A stretch of DNA of 62,406 nucleotides, the filler included, from Vannella sp. (taxonomy: Eukaryota), in assembly GCA_023345925.1 (NCBI GenBank). It is 8 parts of 8 records of this genome, joined end to end, with 100 filler letters (N's around TTAATTAATTAA, not from the genome) between each part and the next. Parts side by side here need not be neighbours in the genome. Positions count along the whole stretch, not along the records: positions 47,291 to 55,817 come from JAJQQN010001128.1; positions 55,918 to 62,406 come from JAJQQN010000346.1; 6 more parts are not named here. One strand, 5' to 3'. The notes beneath the pieces were generated by a model that did not search any database, was not told the DNA's origin, and saw only the letters and a program-made list of their open reading frames with translations. The position numbers were made by a program, and so were the translations under genes. Shown here one piece after another: positions 47,477-58,404 of the stretch; position 1 is the stretch's first letter; every line of letters begins with the position of its first letter.

Positions 47477-49202
47477 ATGGGGCGGATCATCTCTTGGAAG
47501 TCGCTGTCTGGGATCGACACAAACTTGGCGCCACTTCATGAGACCGCATTCAGCTACCTCTACCAGGCCTCTTGCAATGCGACCCCAGTGCTCGTTGAAT
47601 TCCCGAAAGTCCCAGTCGCGTGGGACCCAAACGACCCAGAACTGCTCCAAAGAGGGAACCAACGCCACCCTAACCTCTTCCTGATCCTGGGAGCATGTCT
47701 GGATTCAGGAATCACACCTTTCTGTATCATTCTGGAGTTCCCAGGGACGGCTCTGTCCAAGCACCTCCCTCAAAGCAAGGCACTCCTGTTTGAGCGCCTC
47801 CTTTGGGCCCAAGACGCAGCGAAAGGGTAAGAGCCTTCATCTCCTCTTGTTGAGCTAACAAGAAGCTCTGGAAAGTGTTTTGTGGCTCCACTCCTCCTCT
47901 CCTCAGTTCTTTGTTGGAGATTTGACGGTCTCTCGCCTTCACCATGACATCGGGAACACCGCTAAAGTTCACTCCTGGAACCCTTTCACGCCAAATGTCC
48001 CCATTAACCAGTTTCCTATCCCGTACGACCAACTGGCTCCTGAGCTTTCAATCCCACTCACTCATGGCCCAATGAAGGGCGCAGATGTGTTACGCACCAG
48101 AGGTGCGCCACTGCAGTGTGCTCTCCGCGGAGGGAGATGCATACAGCTTCGGATTACTCCTTTTCGAGATTTTGACGCAAAAGCCGATTCAAAGCTTCGC
48201 TAGCTTTGCTCAGAGTAAGAGTGGAGACTTCCAGGCGCTTTGGCTGACTTGTGGATAGCAATGGACGTGAGGAGCTTGCAGATGCCTGAAAACTGTCCTC
48301 CTGAACTGAGTGGACTCATCGTTGAGTGCTGCTCGCCAGAACCCGCTGCCCGTCCCTCTTTCACTCAGATTGTAGAGCGATTAGAACGCGTTGTTGCACC
48401 AGCTTGTGAGATCTTCTCCTTCGAAGAGCGCATTCAGAGGATACCGGATGAAAATGGGCAAGATCTGTGGCGCTCTTTCTTCTTCCGCTTCGATGTGGTA
48501 CCTTGGACAACGTTCTCTGATTGTTTCTTCCCCATCAGAGTGTATGGGCCGGCACAGCAAGGCTATGCAGATCGGATTGTGGAGGGAGATGAGATGTGCC
48601 GACTGTCGGACCATCCTTCACAGGAAGATCTGGACGAAGCCACACCCGAGCAGCTTGAAGACCTCAGAGAGCGAAATCGCTTGGGACGAGCCATTGTTAC
48701 TCGCCATCTGGAGCGGCATCAAACTGTTGGTTATGTAACCAAACCTACTTCAGAAGAGGAGGATTGGGTGAAGCACATTGTTTGCCCTAATCACTCCAAA
48801 GAGGTGACTTTGGCAACTTTCTGTGAGCTAATCGCCTGGTTTGGGCCACTATCAGATGTTAGTGGATTCTGCGATCGTCTGGCTCAAGTCATGTCCAATC
48901 CTTACTTCCATGGGAGACTCAGCTTCAAAGAGGCTAACGGAATCATCGGGAAGCCCCCTCAAAAAGAGGGGCCTTGTCTGGTGAGGTTCAGTGGAACAGC
49001 ACTGGGGGGCTTTGTTATTTGTTACTTAACAAAGGATGCCGAAGGTGTCCCCAAGATCTTGCACCATCCCGTCTCTTACCACAAACTTCGAGGATTCCAC
49101 TTCAACAACACCTTTTACGATTCTTTCCCCGACCTCTTGAGAGGCGCTCAGCGAGTTCTTGGCTTTTCTGGTCCCTGCCATGGTTCTCCCCTTCTCTTTT
49201 AA
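47477..49202 (+). CDS. TKL-type pseudokinase plus C-terminal SH2 domain (Shk-like architecture), about 3 introns
   Basis: RHPNLFLILGAC, WAQDAAKG, WLHSSSP, YAPEV, DAYSFG and PAARPSF. SH2: YFHGRLSFKEANG...LVRFS...GGFVI. Confidence 0.8.
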
Positions 49203-49428
49203 GTTCTTCATAGCTACTTGGCACTTCTTCAGTGATTGGAGACACGCGCACAAAAAGTTGTTCATTTCTTACTAAACCCTAAACCCTTTCCTTTCTCCCA
49301 AACGAAGGATCGGAAAAGTGCCTCTTTCATGTTCAAACAAATGAAAACTGGATTTTACATGAGAAACAAATGGCGTTGATGGCCTTTACATAACTCCACT
49401 CATTATCTGGCGTCGGCGAGGAAACAGC

Positions 49429-50388
49429 ATGTCCCGGGTCTTCTCCGCTGTCTTCACGAAGAAGGCGGCAGGGAAGAGCCAGGAGGAGAGGGGACGTTCG
49501 AGTGAGTTTGTAAAGAAAGACTTGGACTCGATCTTGTCTTCGTTGGGAGGGGACGCTCAAGAAGACCCCAAGTTACGAGAGGATCTGACAAAACGAAAGA
49601 GAGCGCCTTCACGGATCTTTAACAGATCTTTCTCGCGCAAGTCCTTGCGGGGTAAACCCACAAGCGGTGACGCGTCAGCCTGGGAGCAAATGGGCGCTTC
49701 CACCTCAGAAGCCATTGTCCCCATTCCCGAGTATCCTCTTCCTCCCGTGGAGGTCCCTGAGAACCCTCAAGACAACAAGGAACAAGTAGACGACGGCGCT
49801 CAAGACTTTGAGGACGAGTTCGATCGCCTTCTTGACGAGTACGAGTCTGAAGTCCACGCTTCTGTCACCTCCAAACCTTTAGAGGAGCCAACAGATCAAC
49901 AGTACAATGATAGAGATCTGGCCTTTATTCAGGAGCCTCCCAGTCCCGCTCCTCAAGAGGAGCATCCTCCAGCAGATGAGGTCCGAGCAGCCGATCTTCC
50001 TGAGGAGCAAAAGGAAGAGAGTTGGAGTGCTTCTCGGGTCATTCAACAGCTACAACAGATTGAAATAGAGTCTCAACAACGAAAAGAACACCAAGTAGCA
50101 TCCATCTCGCGGCTACGCCCGCGCGATGGGCTGGTCGTCACGAGCCCGCGGACGTACGAGCCGAATCCCCTCTTTGGACAAGTGGTCGCCCCCCAGAACG
50201 GGATCACACCAGTCCTATCACCACACACACACCACTCTCCTAGCAGGAAAGGGCACGATCGGTGGCCCTTCGTGCCAGAGAGTGAGTTGCCCGCTCCCCG
50301 CCTTTATCAGGGACGGGGGAAATGCTACTTTGCCTCGGCTGGCACCTTCGTGCGTGGCTTGGTAGGCTGTGTCAGCAACGAGATGTAA
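49429..50388 (+). CDS. Hypothetical acidic/Pro-rich disordered protein
   Basis: 319-aa ORF with protein-like composition; 3' end may be spliced. Confidence 0.55.
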   Translation: MSRVFSAVFTKKAAGKSQEERGRSSEFVKKDLDSILSSLGGDAQEDPKLREDLTKRKRAPSRIFNRSFSRKSLRGKPTSGDASAWEQMGASTSEAIVPIPEYPLPPVEVPENPQDNKEQVDDGAQDFEDEFDRLLDEYESEVHASVTSKPLEEPTDQQYNDRDLAFIQEPPSPAPQEEHPPADEVRAADLPEEQKEESWSASRVIQQLQQIEIESQQRKEHQVASISRLRPRDGLVVTSPRTYEPNPLFGQVVAPQNGITPVLSPHTHHSPSRKGHDRWPFVPESELPAPRLYQGRGKCYFASAGTFVRGLVGCVSNEM

Positions 50389-50454
50389 ATACACGGAAGA
50401 AGCTTCCCATCGCCTTCTTCCCTTCTTCCTTCCATTTTCCCTCGCGCTCTGGCC

Positions 50455-51536
50455 ATGAGCGACGATGAACTGGATCTTGATGACTCGCGGGGGGTGCGTT
50501 CAGGAGGGTGATCATGTGGCTGTGGGACTGATGGGCTGAAGGACCTCATCATGGAGTTGGATGACGCGCCTAAAGGCTTCTTCGCCACCAAGAACCAGAA
50601 AGTCGAAGCTCCCCCTGAGCCTGAGAGTCAAACCGTGCCTTCTTTAGACCAACCAGAAGGGGATCAGAAGATGGAAGACCAAGAAAGCAATGATAACAAG
50701 GGAAGAAAGGCTGAGAACGAGGAGGCCAAGGCCGAAACAATCGACACCCACGTGGAGCGAGAGGCTGAAGCAAATCCCAGCTCCAAAGGCCCTCAATCTG
50801 TCTACATCCTCAATCTACCCTGGGTGCGTCTCCTGGGTGGTTCCGAAGGTGCCCACTGATTCGCCCATTGCCGCAGTGGACAACGGATGTGCAGCTTGAA
50901 GGCCTTGTGACAGAGCTGGGCAAGTGGAAGGACATACAGTTCTTCGATAACAAGATCAACGGCAAGTTGGGATACGTCCGGGTGGAGTTTGAAGATGCGG
51001 AGACCGCCGCCGTTGTTCAGAAGGCGCTGAATGGTCGCTCTATCAACGGAGCAGAGATCGCCACTAGCTTCTCGGGATCGCAGCTGAGCCGAGCAGCTCC
51101 TGCAAGGTACTCTTCTCGAGAGGAGAGACAAGAGCGACGCCCTGCCAGCCCGTATGCAAGAAGAGCTTCGCCACCAAGGCGGAGAGATCCCTCTCCACCC
51201 AGACGACGAGAGAACTCTCCCCCAAGACGAGACAGGTATGTTCCCGAGCGGAGGGACGAATCCAGCCGATCCGACAGCTCAAGGCGTAACGATGACAAGC
51301 GGGAACCTCCCGCAACTGCCTCTCGAGGGAGAAACGAAGGAGATTCCCGATCAGAGAGGAGAGGGTCGCGTGAGCGAGATCGAGGAGGAAGGGAACGTCG
51401 CGGTGACGAATCCAGCCGGCCCTCATCTCGACAAACTGAGCCCAGAGTCGAGTTTCGACCTTCGCAACCCAGTGGGAGCGGAAGTGGAAGTGGAAGCGGA
51501 AGTGGAGGTGGAAGCAGTCGCCGGAGAAGGCGGTAG
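50455..51536 (+). CDS. CPSF6: Cleavage factor Im large subunit (CPSF6/7-like), 2 introns
   Basis: SVYILNLPW|WTTDVQL and IQFFDNKING RRM, followed by an RS/RD-rich tail. Confidence 0.8.
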
Positions 51537-51611
51537 AGGAACAAGCGGAGGCACTAAATGGGACATTGAGCTTCGAGAAGGTTCGAAAAGTCAGTTTATT
51601 GACCAAACTAG

Positions 51612-54600
51612 TTACTGGCCATCCTGGGCTTGTATTTCACAGAGTTTCGAGTGCGTCCACTTGACTTGCACGATCAAAAGGCACAAAGTGCTCGCCACGA
51701 CCGAGAGGGTCTGATTGGCTTGAGCGGCTTCGAGAAAGAACGCAGCTGCTTCTTCTAACACCATTTGTAAGCAATGCCACGCGTCCCACAGTTCAGGATT
51801 GCTCCACGAGACCGGCAGGCCGCTACAATGTGTGACTTGGGTGTGAAGAAGGTGAATTTGGCGGAAGAGACTATTCTGTTCAAGAAGTGGGGCCAAAGCG
51901 GTTCGTTGCGGCCATTGAGCACGAATGGCCTCCAATGTGTTGACTATGATAAGGACCAGTTTGCCTAGATCCTGTTGGGCTCTGTGGAATACATCCTCCC
52001 AAGGGTAATCGTGTTTGCATGGTAATATCTGATGGCCACTGCACATGATGCCCAGCAGGTTGCTTTGAGCTTGTAAGGGAAGTTCAGAGATAACAGAGCA
52101 TAGCATGGCACTCAAGCCATTGGGAGCTATCTGAGATAGGCTCATCAGAGGGTGTCTTTCTTCATTAGTGACTGTCTCCTTGGGATGACTTTCTGCGTCT
52201 GACGAATCATTCCCGAAAGAGTTAAAGCGTGCCAGTTGGCTAAGGCGCAAATCCGCAGATTTTGTTCGCCCAACAGAGCTGAAGGATTCTGCCCGGCCAC
52301 GGGGTTCTTCGCGATTAATTTCCTTCTTCACTGGGACAAGTCTTTTTCGAGAGGCTGACATCATCGCCCGGACACTCTGAGTGATCTTTTGGCATTGAGT
52401 CCTGATCTCTCCCGCTTTTGCTCGAAGAGTATTCGCATCTGTTGTGGCGGGAGCAGTTACTCTGTCTCCCACTGCTAAAAGAAGATATTCTCCAGAGAGA
52501 AGATACATCGCCACTGTACAGTTTCGGTGGAAGTGAGAAAGCAGCAATGTTAGATCGTTCCTTTCGTAGTCAGCCTGAACTATAGAGAGTATCTCCACAG
52601 CCTGAGGGAGCCACCACTGGAAGATCAAACTCAAATGACGGTCTTTCGCTCCCGTTTGGAGCTTCTCGTATCCGTCAAGAATCCGAAGGAGCGAGCATTT
52701 CAGCTCTCGAGTGCCCCATGATTCCTTGGAAGCTCCCATTCTTCGAGAAATCATCAAAAAGTCCGATAAAACGCATTTCAGGGGACTGGAGACTCCTGGT
52801 GTTTTTGAATCGAGTAAGGCAGCCAGTACCTGGTCAAACTGCGGCCCCTTGGCCTCCATAGAAGCAACTTCTAGCTTAGTAAAGATTGCTGAGGTGCTGC
52901 AAAGGTGTTTCCATAACGCAGACGAAATCGGGAGCGACTCGATGAGGATATCTGGACGATACAAGATGGGATATTGCTCTACGCGCAGAGCCAAAGCCTG
53001 GCGCATATCAAGAGAGCGTGGGCTAATCACAACGTTCTTGGTTTGAAAGGTGCACTCGCAGTACTTTTGTTGGATAAAGTGCCTCTTTGGACCAGCCGCT
53101 GTCGCGTAACGTGGCCGTGAGACACTCAAAGAGAGAACTGCTTCAAACTTCTCATTGTGGCGACGGTTCCCGTTGCACTTGAGTATCATTGTGTCATCCA
53201 TTGTCCATACATCAAAGTGAATCGAGCGCAAAGGCGTTGTTCTGAGCTCCACGTGTAATTCAGCGCAGTCATAGCAGACCAAGGCGCCATAAGCTCGCAG
53301 CAGCCAGAAGGCCCCGTCTCCACCACAGTCCGCACAGAACTGGTTGTCGGTGACGTCCAAAAGGCGAACCAGATCCTCGTTGATCTCTTCATTCTCGCCC
53401 TGCTGCTCCATGGCGTGACCGTTCATGATCAAGTCGACCCTGACAGTTTCAAAAGCAGTCACCCAGGCGCGGCGGTTGACCTCTGAGTCGGCCTTGAAGA
53501 GGTTGGAAGCGCACTCGGCCTCCGAGAGTTTCAGGGGGAACTCAGCCTCTCGCCTTTCCTTGTCTGGGAGGTCTACAGCAACGGAGTGGGCAATCATATC
53601 GAGTGCTAGCTGTGGTTTGGCATCCGTAGAGTCGGTTCGGAACACGAAGAGGATGCGCCCTTTCAAGACACAGTACACGCGCTCCCAGTTTGGGCGTTTG
53701 TACAGGAACATAAAGCCAGAGTTCTTGCACCTGTGGAGAGCCTCTCCACACGCGAGCGATTTGCCTGGAAGCACATCAAAGGTGAGAAAACCCGTTTGCT
53801 GGACGGGACAACTCACTCTTCATCGCAGAGACGATGTCCCTCATTGTTGGATCAGCAAGAGCCACCTCCATGGGTGTGGGCATTCCAGGACTAGCAAAGT
53901 AAGGGTCTGCCCCGTGCTTCATCAAGGCCTCGACCATCGGAAGTCTCTTGCGCATTACTACCCAATGGAGGGCCGTCTCCTTCTTTGCGTTCAGAGAATT
54001 AACCTCCACATTGTTGCTGAGAAGGAAATCTACGCTAACAATCGTCCCCTTCAAGCAGGCTTGCTGAAGTGGCGACTCCCCTGAGCCTGTGAATGCATTG
54101 ACTATCCCCCAGTGAGCGAGCAGTTGCCAGGGAAGGGATAGAAGACTAACCATCAGCTTTCTTGAGTAGCATGGCCTTTAAGACACGTTTGTATAGCTTC
54201 CAATCGTCGTTGATTTGGCCGCCTTTGGTTCGCACCAAGTAGCAGAACGCAGTTGTCCCATCGATGGTACGAGCATTGATATCGATGTCCTTTGTCTTCA
54301 AAAGCTCCTGGCAGATGTCCAACGACCCATTATTGGCTGCGATATGCAGCGAGGACCATCCGTCCGGATCCACCGCGTTCACGTCCGCCTGCACAAAGCC
54401 TTGGTCAGCGAGAGAAGTGAATGAAGAAGTGGCGTACTTTCTTGCTCAAGAGAAGGCGCATCACAGGCAACTGCTTCGCATCAACAGCCAAGTGAAGTGG
54501 GGTCCTCCCTTCCGCGTTCTTGCAGTTCACAGACTTGGAGTCATCCTTCAACGCCTTCTTCACCTTGGCCAGAGACCCCTCTCCAATAGCCTTGATGATG

Positions 54601-54638
54601 GGAGCGACAGGGACGCTCTTTGCCCCAACCCGGCTCAT
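51612..54638 (-). CDS. Ankyrin repeat-PH-ArfGAP-like protein, 3 introns
   Basis: ANK repeats (GRTPLHLA, GWSSLHIA, ETALHW), PH domain (KNSGFM...WERVYCVL...RAWVTAF) and zinc finger CADC-x16-CYDC. Confidence 0.85.
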
Positions 54639-54789
54639 CCCCAAGGTCCTCCCAGAAAATGAGGAATTGTCATGTGGAGAAGTTGGCCTTTTAAATCTAC
54701 AATTCATTGATCAAAGCAACGGCTTCTCTTCGAGTTCAGCCAATTTGGGCGGGAAACTCAAGAAAAGCGGCCAACTTGACCTGTTACGT

Positions 54790-55817
54790 TCACAATTTGT
54801 CGAGGAGCCGCCGCAAGTTGGTACAGAGCTGCCCAAAGGTGTCTTTGTCACCTGACCTCCGAGTGAACACGACAGTGTGGGCTGCGCTATCAGTGGCAGC
54901 GTTAATGTGGATGGCGAACTTGATGGTCTTCCCGTCTGGCCTTGGCGAGTGAGACCGGCAAAGAGACGGATGAAGGTGAGCTTACCGCAAACAGCGCGTG
55001 CCTTGATCTTATCACGGCGCTTGTTAAAGGAATAAGTGGCGCCAATCGAGTCGAGAATGTCTTCCACTTCTCGTGAGAGCTCTTCCAAGGACTTGGAACT
55101 GATCTGCTTCTGAACCAAATGGGCATCGGACGTATTGAACCAAGCGGAGAAGCGCCCTCGCTTCATACCAGAAGAGAGTCGCAAGCTAGAAGTCTGCTCT
55201 CGTCCTTCAGGTGCGCTGGACAGAGTGCGCTCCACTGGTCTGATACAGTGCATTTGCGCTTGCACCTGTGACTGCATTTGCATCGTTTCGGGGATGGGAA
55301 CGGTCAGCCGCTGGCTGGATGGTCGATCTACTCGATCCTTGTCCCTGAAGCCTTTAATGGCCGCTGTGAGTTGATTATTTGATGTGCGGAAGCTCCGCGA
55401 GACTTTGCCTAAAGGCAGAATGGCTTCTGACTTGGCACGGGAGAGTTTGGATGTTTTCTGATCTGCCAGACGCTTGTTCTGCTGCCTGTGCTCTAAAATA
55501 AGGTAGAGGCTCTTGACCAAAGACTCTCTGTGCGTTGCATGAGCCCCAAAAGACATCTCCAGAGAAAGCGATGGCAAAACTCACTTTTCAGGATCTTGAA
55601 GTGAAGTTTCTATCTCCTCTGCGCTTCCGTAACCCAAATCAGCAATTGTTTTCACAAAGCTGGGCTGCAGTGTTTCACTAGAAGGTCCAATCAAGGCCTG
55701 CCGTCCTGTTTTGTCAGAATTCTGGAAAAGAAGGGAAAAGGCGAAACGAACCGGCACTAAAGGTTCAATCACCACGGGAGGGCTGTAGTCGCCTCCTCTG
55801 AACCAGATGTGTTCTCT
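54790..55817 (-). CDS. C-terminal part of an AMPK-related (SNF1/MARK/BRSK-like) kinase: UBA-like region plus KA1 domain; 5' truncated
   Basis: EHIWF at the kinase end, LGYG...LYLIL UBA-like segment, and spliced KA1-like end SSKSLEELSREVEDIL...IKFAIHI...VVFTRRSGDKDTFGQLC. Confidence 0.7.
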
Positions 55818-55917
55818 NNNNNNNNNNNNNNNNNNNNNNNNNNNNNNNNNNNNNNNNNNNNTTAATTAATTAANNNNNNNNNNNNNNNNNNNNNNNNNNN
55901 NNNNNNNNNNNNNNNNN
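55818..55917. other. Artificial contig linker
   Basis: N44-TTAATTAATTAA-N44. Confidence 0.98.
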
Positions 55918-56266
55918 GAGGGTCACTCGGGCCCACTCTGGCGAACTCGTATTGACCGGCACCGCCCTCATTCACGTAACCGTTGCCAGTGCCGTTGTTT
56001 GAGCCGTAATCCTTGGTATTCGAGTCGTTGATGGTGCCTCCTTGCATCTGAATGATAAGCAACGTGTCATTCTCCTTGGGAAGAGCAGAGGTGCCCTGAC
56101 TGAGGAGCAGGTAAGAGCCGCCAGCTCTCTCGCCTCCCCAATAAGTGTTCACTCGAGTACCAGGGGGTATCACACAAGTATTAGGGACTGCGAAACATCG
56201 CAACGCTTCGCACAAAGGCCACGATAACGAGATCAGAAGCAACGCCAACCGAAAGGCGGGCGCCAT
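55918..56266 (-). CDS. Secreted protein N-terminus with bacterial-surface-protein-like motif, 3' truncated
   Basis: Signal peptide, then VNTYWGG...NDTLLIIQMQGGTINDSNTKDYG...AGQYEFARV. Confidence 0.7.
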
Positions 56267-56397
56267 GAGAAAAGAATTCTTCAATTCGTCCTCCGACAAA
56301 TGTTTTGTTTCTTCGGCTTCCTGTGTTCAGAATTATAATAAGATTGAATCCTAATCCCAGCCCCGGCTTTTTATTTTTCACTTTTTCCCAAGCCTTG

Positions 56398-56752
56398 ATG
56401 GTTAACTTGCCCTTCATCCCTAAGGCACTGCGCCCCTGGATTCATCCTGATGTAAGTGTTTGGTGTTACTGTGATAGATATGGGCTCACGAGAGAAAACC
56501 AGACCATCATTTTGACCAGCATCATCGCCTTCGCTGGTGTGGGTTGCGCATGGTACGGCTTCCGCATTTTGTTCAACCACTCCGATATCACGTAGGTGCA
56601 CGGCCATCTAGAAAGCTTGATCCTTCTCACACCTTTCCAGTATCGACAAGAAGAAGCAGTGGCAGTTCCAGGAGCGCCCAGTCGTCAAGCTGTACCCTCG
56701 TGAGAAGTTGATGGAGGACCGAATCAAGTTGTACAGCTCCCCTCGTCAGTAA
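56398..56752 (+). CDS. NDUFA4/B12D-like small mitochondrial membrane protein, 2 introns
   Basis: Spliced MVNLPFIPKALRPWIHPD|TIILTSIIAFAGVGCAWYGFRILFNHSDIT|IDKKKQWQ...; single TM followed by RxLxxxxD(I/V). Confidence 0.6.
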
Positions 56753-56874
56753 ACACGCACTCCACCTTCATTGATTTATTGCATGTTTTCTCCACCTCCC
56801 ATCTCTGGAGGAGACGGTAACCTTGAACACAGCAGAGGACAATCAACAACACAGGTTATGAATGGTGTGGTACT

Positions 56875-57359
56875 TTAGTCCAGCGGATCTTCGTCCTCAT
56901 CATCATCTTGATAGTCATCGGGGTTGTCTTCATCGTCACTATCGCGATGCCTGGCTCCTGACTCTGCAATAGAGTCTGTCCATTGAACGTAGTAGTCCAC
57001 ACCAGTGTAGATCTCTGGAAGCCATTTGTAAGCCGGTGTATCTATTGAGAGACGAAACGAAGTAGGCAGGTCTGCCGAGTGTACGTACTGCTAAACTGAG
57101 CTTGAAACTTCTCTCCGCAGTTCGCGCACTCCAAAAGGACGGCCTTCTGTGCTTTCTCCTTATCCTTTGCTGAAGGCCTATCCTCTTCCGATGAGTCCTC
57201 CAAACCATCTTCAGTCCTCTCCTCTTACATCTTGCAAGTTACTGCATCTTCTCCTTTACAATGGGGACAATCAAAGCAGTTGGGGAGCTTCCTACGTGCT
57301 TGAACATCCAACTGCCTTTGCGTAACGACTCCCGCGCTCCGAGACTTCCTCCGCCCCAT
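56875..57359 (-). CDS. ELF1: Transcription elongation factor Elf1/ELOF1, 2 introns
   Basis: MGRRKS, KLPNCFDCPHC, ECANCGEKF, VDYYVQWTD and an acidic tail. Confidence 0.85.
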
Positions 57360-57422
57360 CTCTTCAATAAATGATCCATTATCATAGCGAAGCGCGAATT
57401 CTTTGTTTTTTGAGGTAGGAAG

Positions 57423-58249
57423 ATGGAAGAGCTCACTGGAGTGGCTGTTCAGGACCTGCTCGGTTATCTGCCCTATACGACGGAGATGAGTGTGAAGGAA
57501 GTGGATTGGAGTCGTTTGGTTCAGTGGGAGAAGACTACGTTGTGGATAGCCTTCGTTTCCTTTGCGTTTGCGCCGACCTTTTGGAATATCATCGCTCGCA
57601 TTGAGTATCGCACTCATATCTTCACGAAGCTCTTCTGTGGGTCTCGTTACATCGGCTGCTATGTACTGGCAGCTGTTATCTTCTGTTTACAGCTGGAGCG
57701 AGACTTCGCGTGAGGCTCTCTCCCTTCTTTTGGAATGATCTTATTGATTCTGACCGCTGGGTGGGGCAGGTACAACCTTGCTTTGGATGATCAGCCCTTC
57801 TTTGTAGAGAGCTCTTCTCCTATCAACCAGTTCGTCTGCCTGGTGCTGTTTGTGATCGGTAGCACCCTCGTTCTCTCCTCCTTTTGGGTGCTGGGCATCA
57901 CTGGGACCTACTTGGGCGACTACTTTGGTATATTGATGAAGGAGAAGGTGATGGGATTCCCTTTCAACGTCTGTGAGAACCCCATGTACACTGGCAGCGT
58001 TCTTAATCTTCTTGCGGCGGCTCTCTGGCGTGGATCTCCCGCTGGAGTTCTCCTTGCCCTCTGGGCACAAGTAGTCTACTATGTAGCGGTCAAATACTTC
58101 GAAGGGTGAGCTGCTCCTGCCCTGCTCATGCTCTGATCACTCACACTGCCAACAGTCCCTTCACTTCCTACATCTACCAGCAGCGTGATGAGCAAGAGGC
58201 CAAACAGAAAGCCTCCAAAGCCAACCAGAACAAGAAGAAGAAGAACTGA
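57423..58249 (+). CDS. PEMT: Phospholipid N-methyltransferase (PEMT/Opi3), 2 introns
   Basis: PTFWNIIARIEY, LGITGTYLGDYFGILM, FPFNVCENPMY and FEG|PFT. Confidence 0.95.
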
Positions 58250-58404
58250 GGTGCAGGCCGCTTGAACGCACAGTAAACCCCTTTCATTCAAAAGAGGGCC
58301 TCCCATGGCCACCCTTGTTTGCATGGGGCCGAATCACACAGCTAGACTGACACTCTGACTCCTGTACTGGCCCAACTGAGTCATTCTTTCAGCCTCCAGC
58401 GCCC

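Noticed and set aside
48023..48090. Second APE...ADV-like peptide (LAPELSIP...GADV) in the pseudokinase
   Set aside because: It falls mostly in a predicted intron. Only the YAPEV frame continues into DAYSFG, so it is probably coincidental.
49272..49286. (CTAAACC)x2, a telomere-like repeat
   Set aside because: Two units only, inside a contig; not enough to call a telomere or telo-box.
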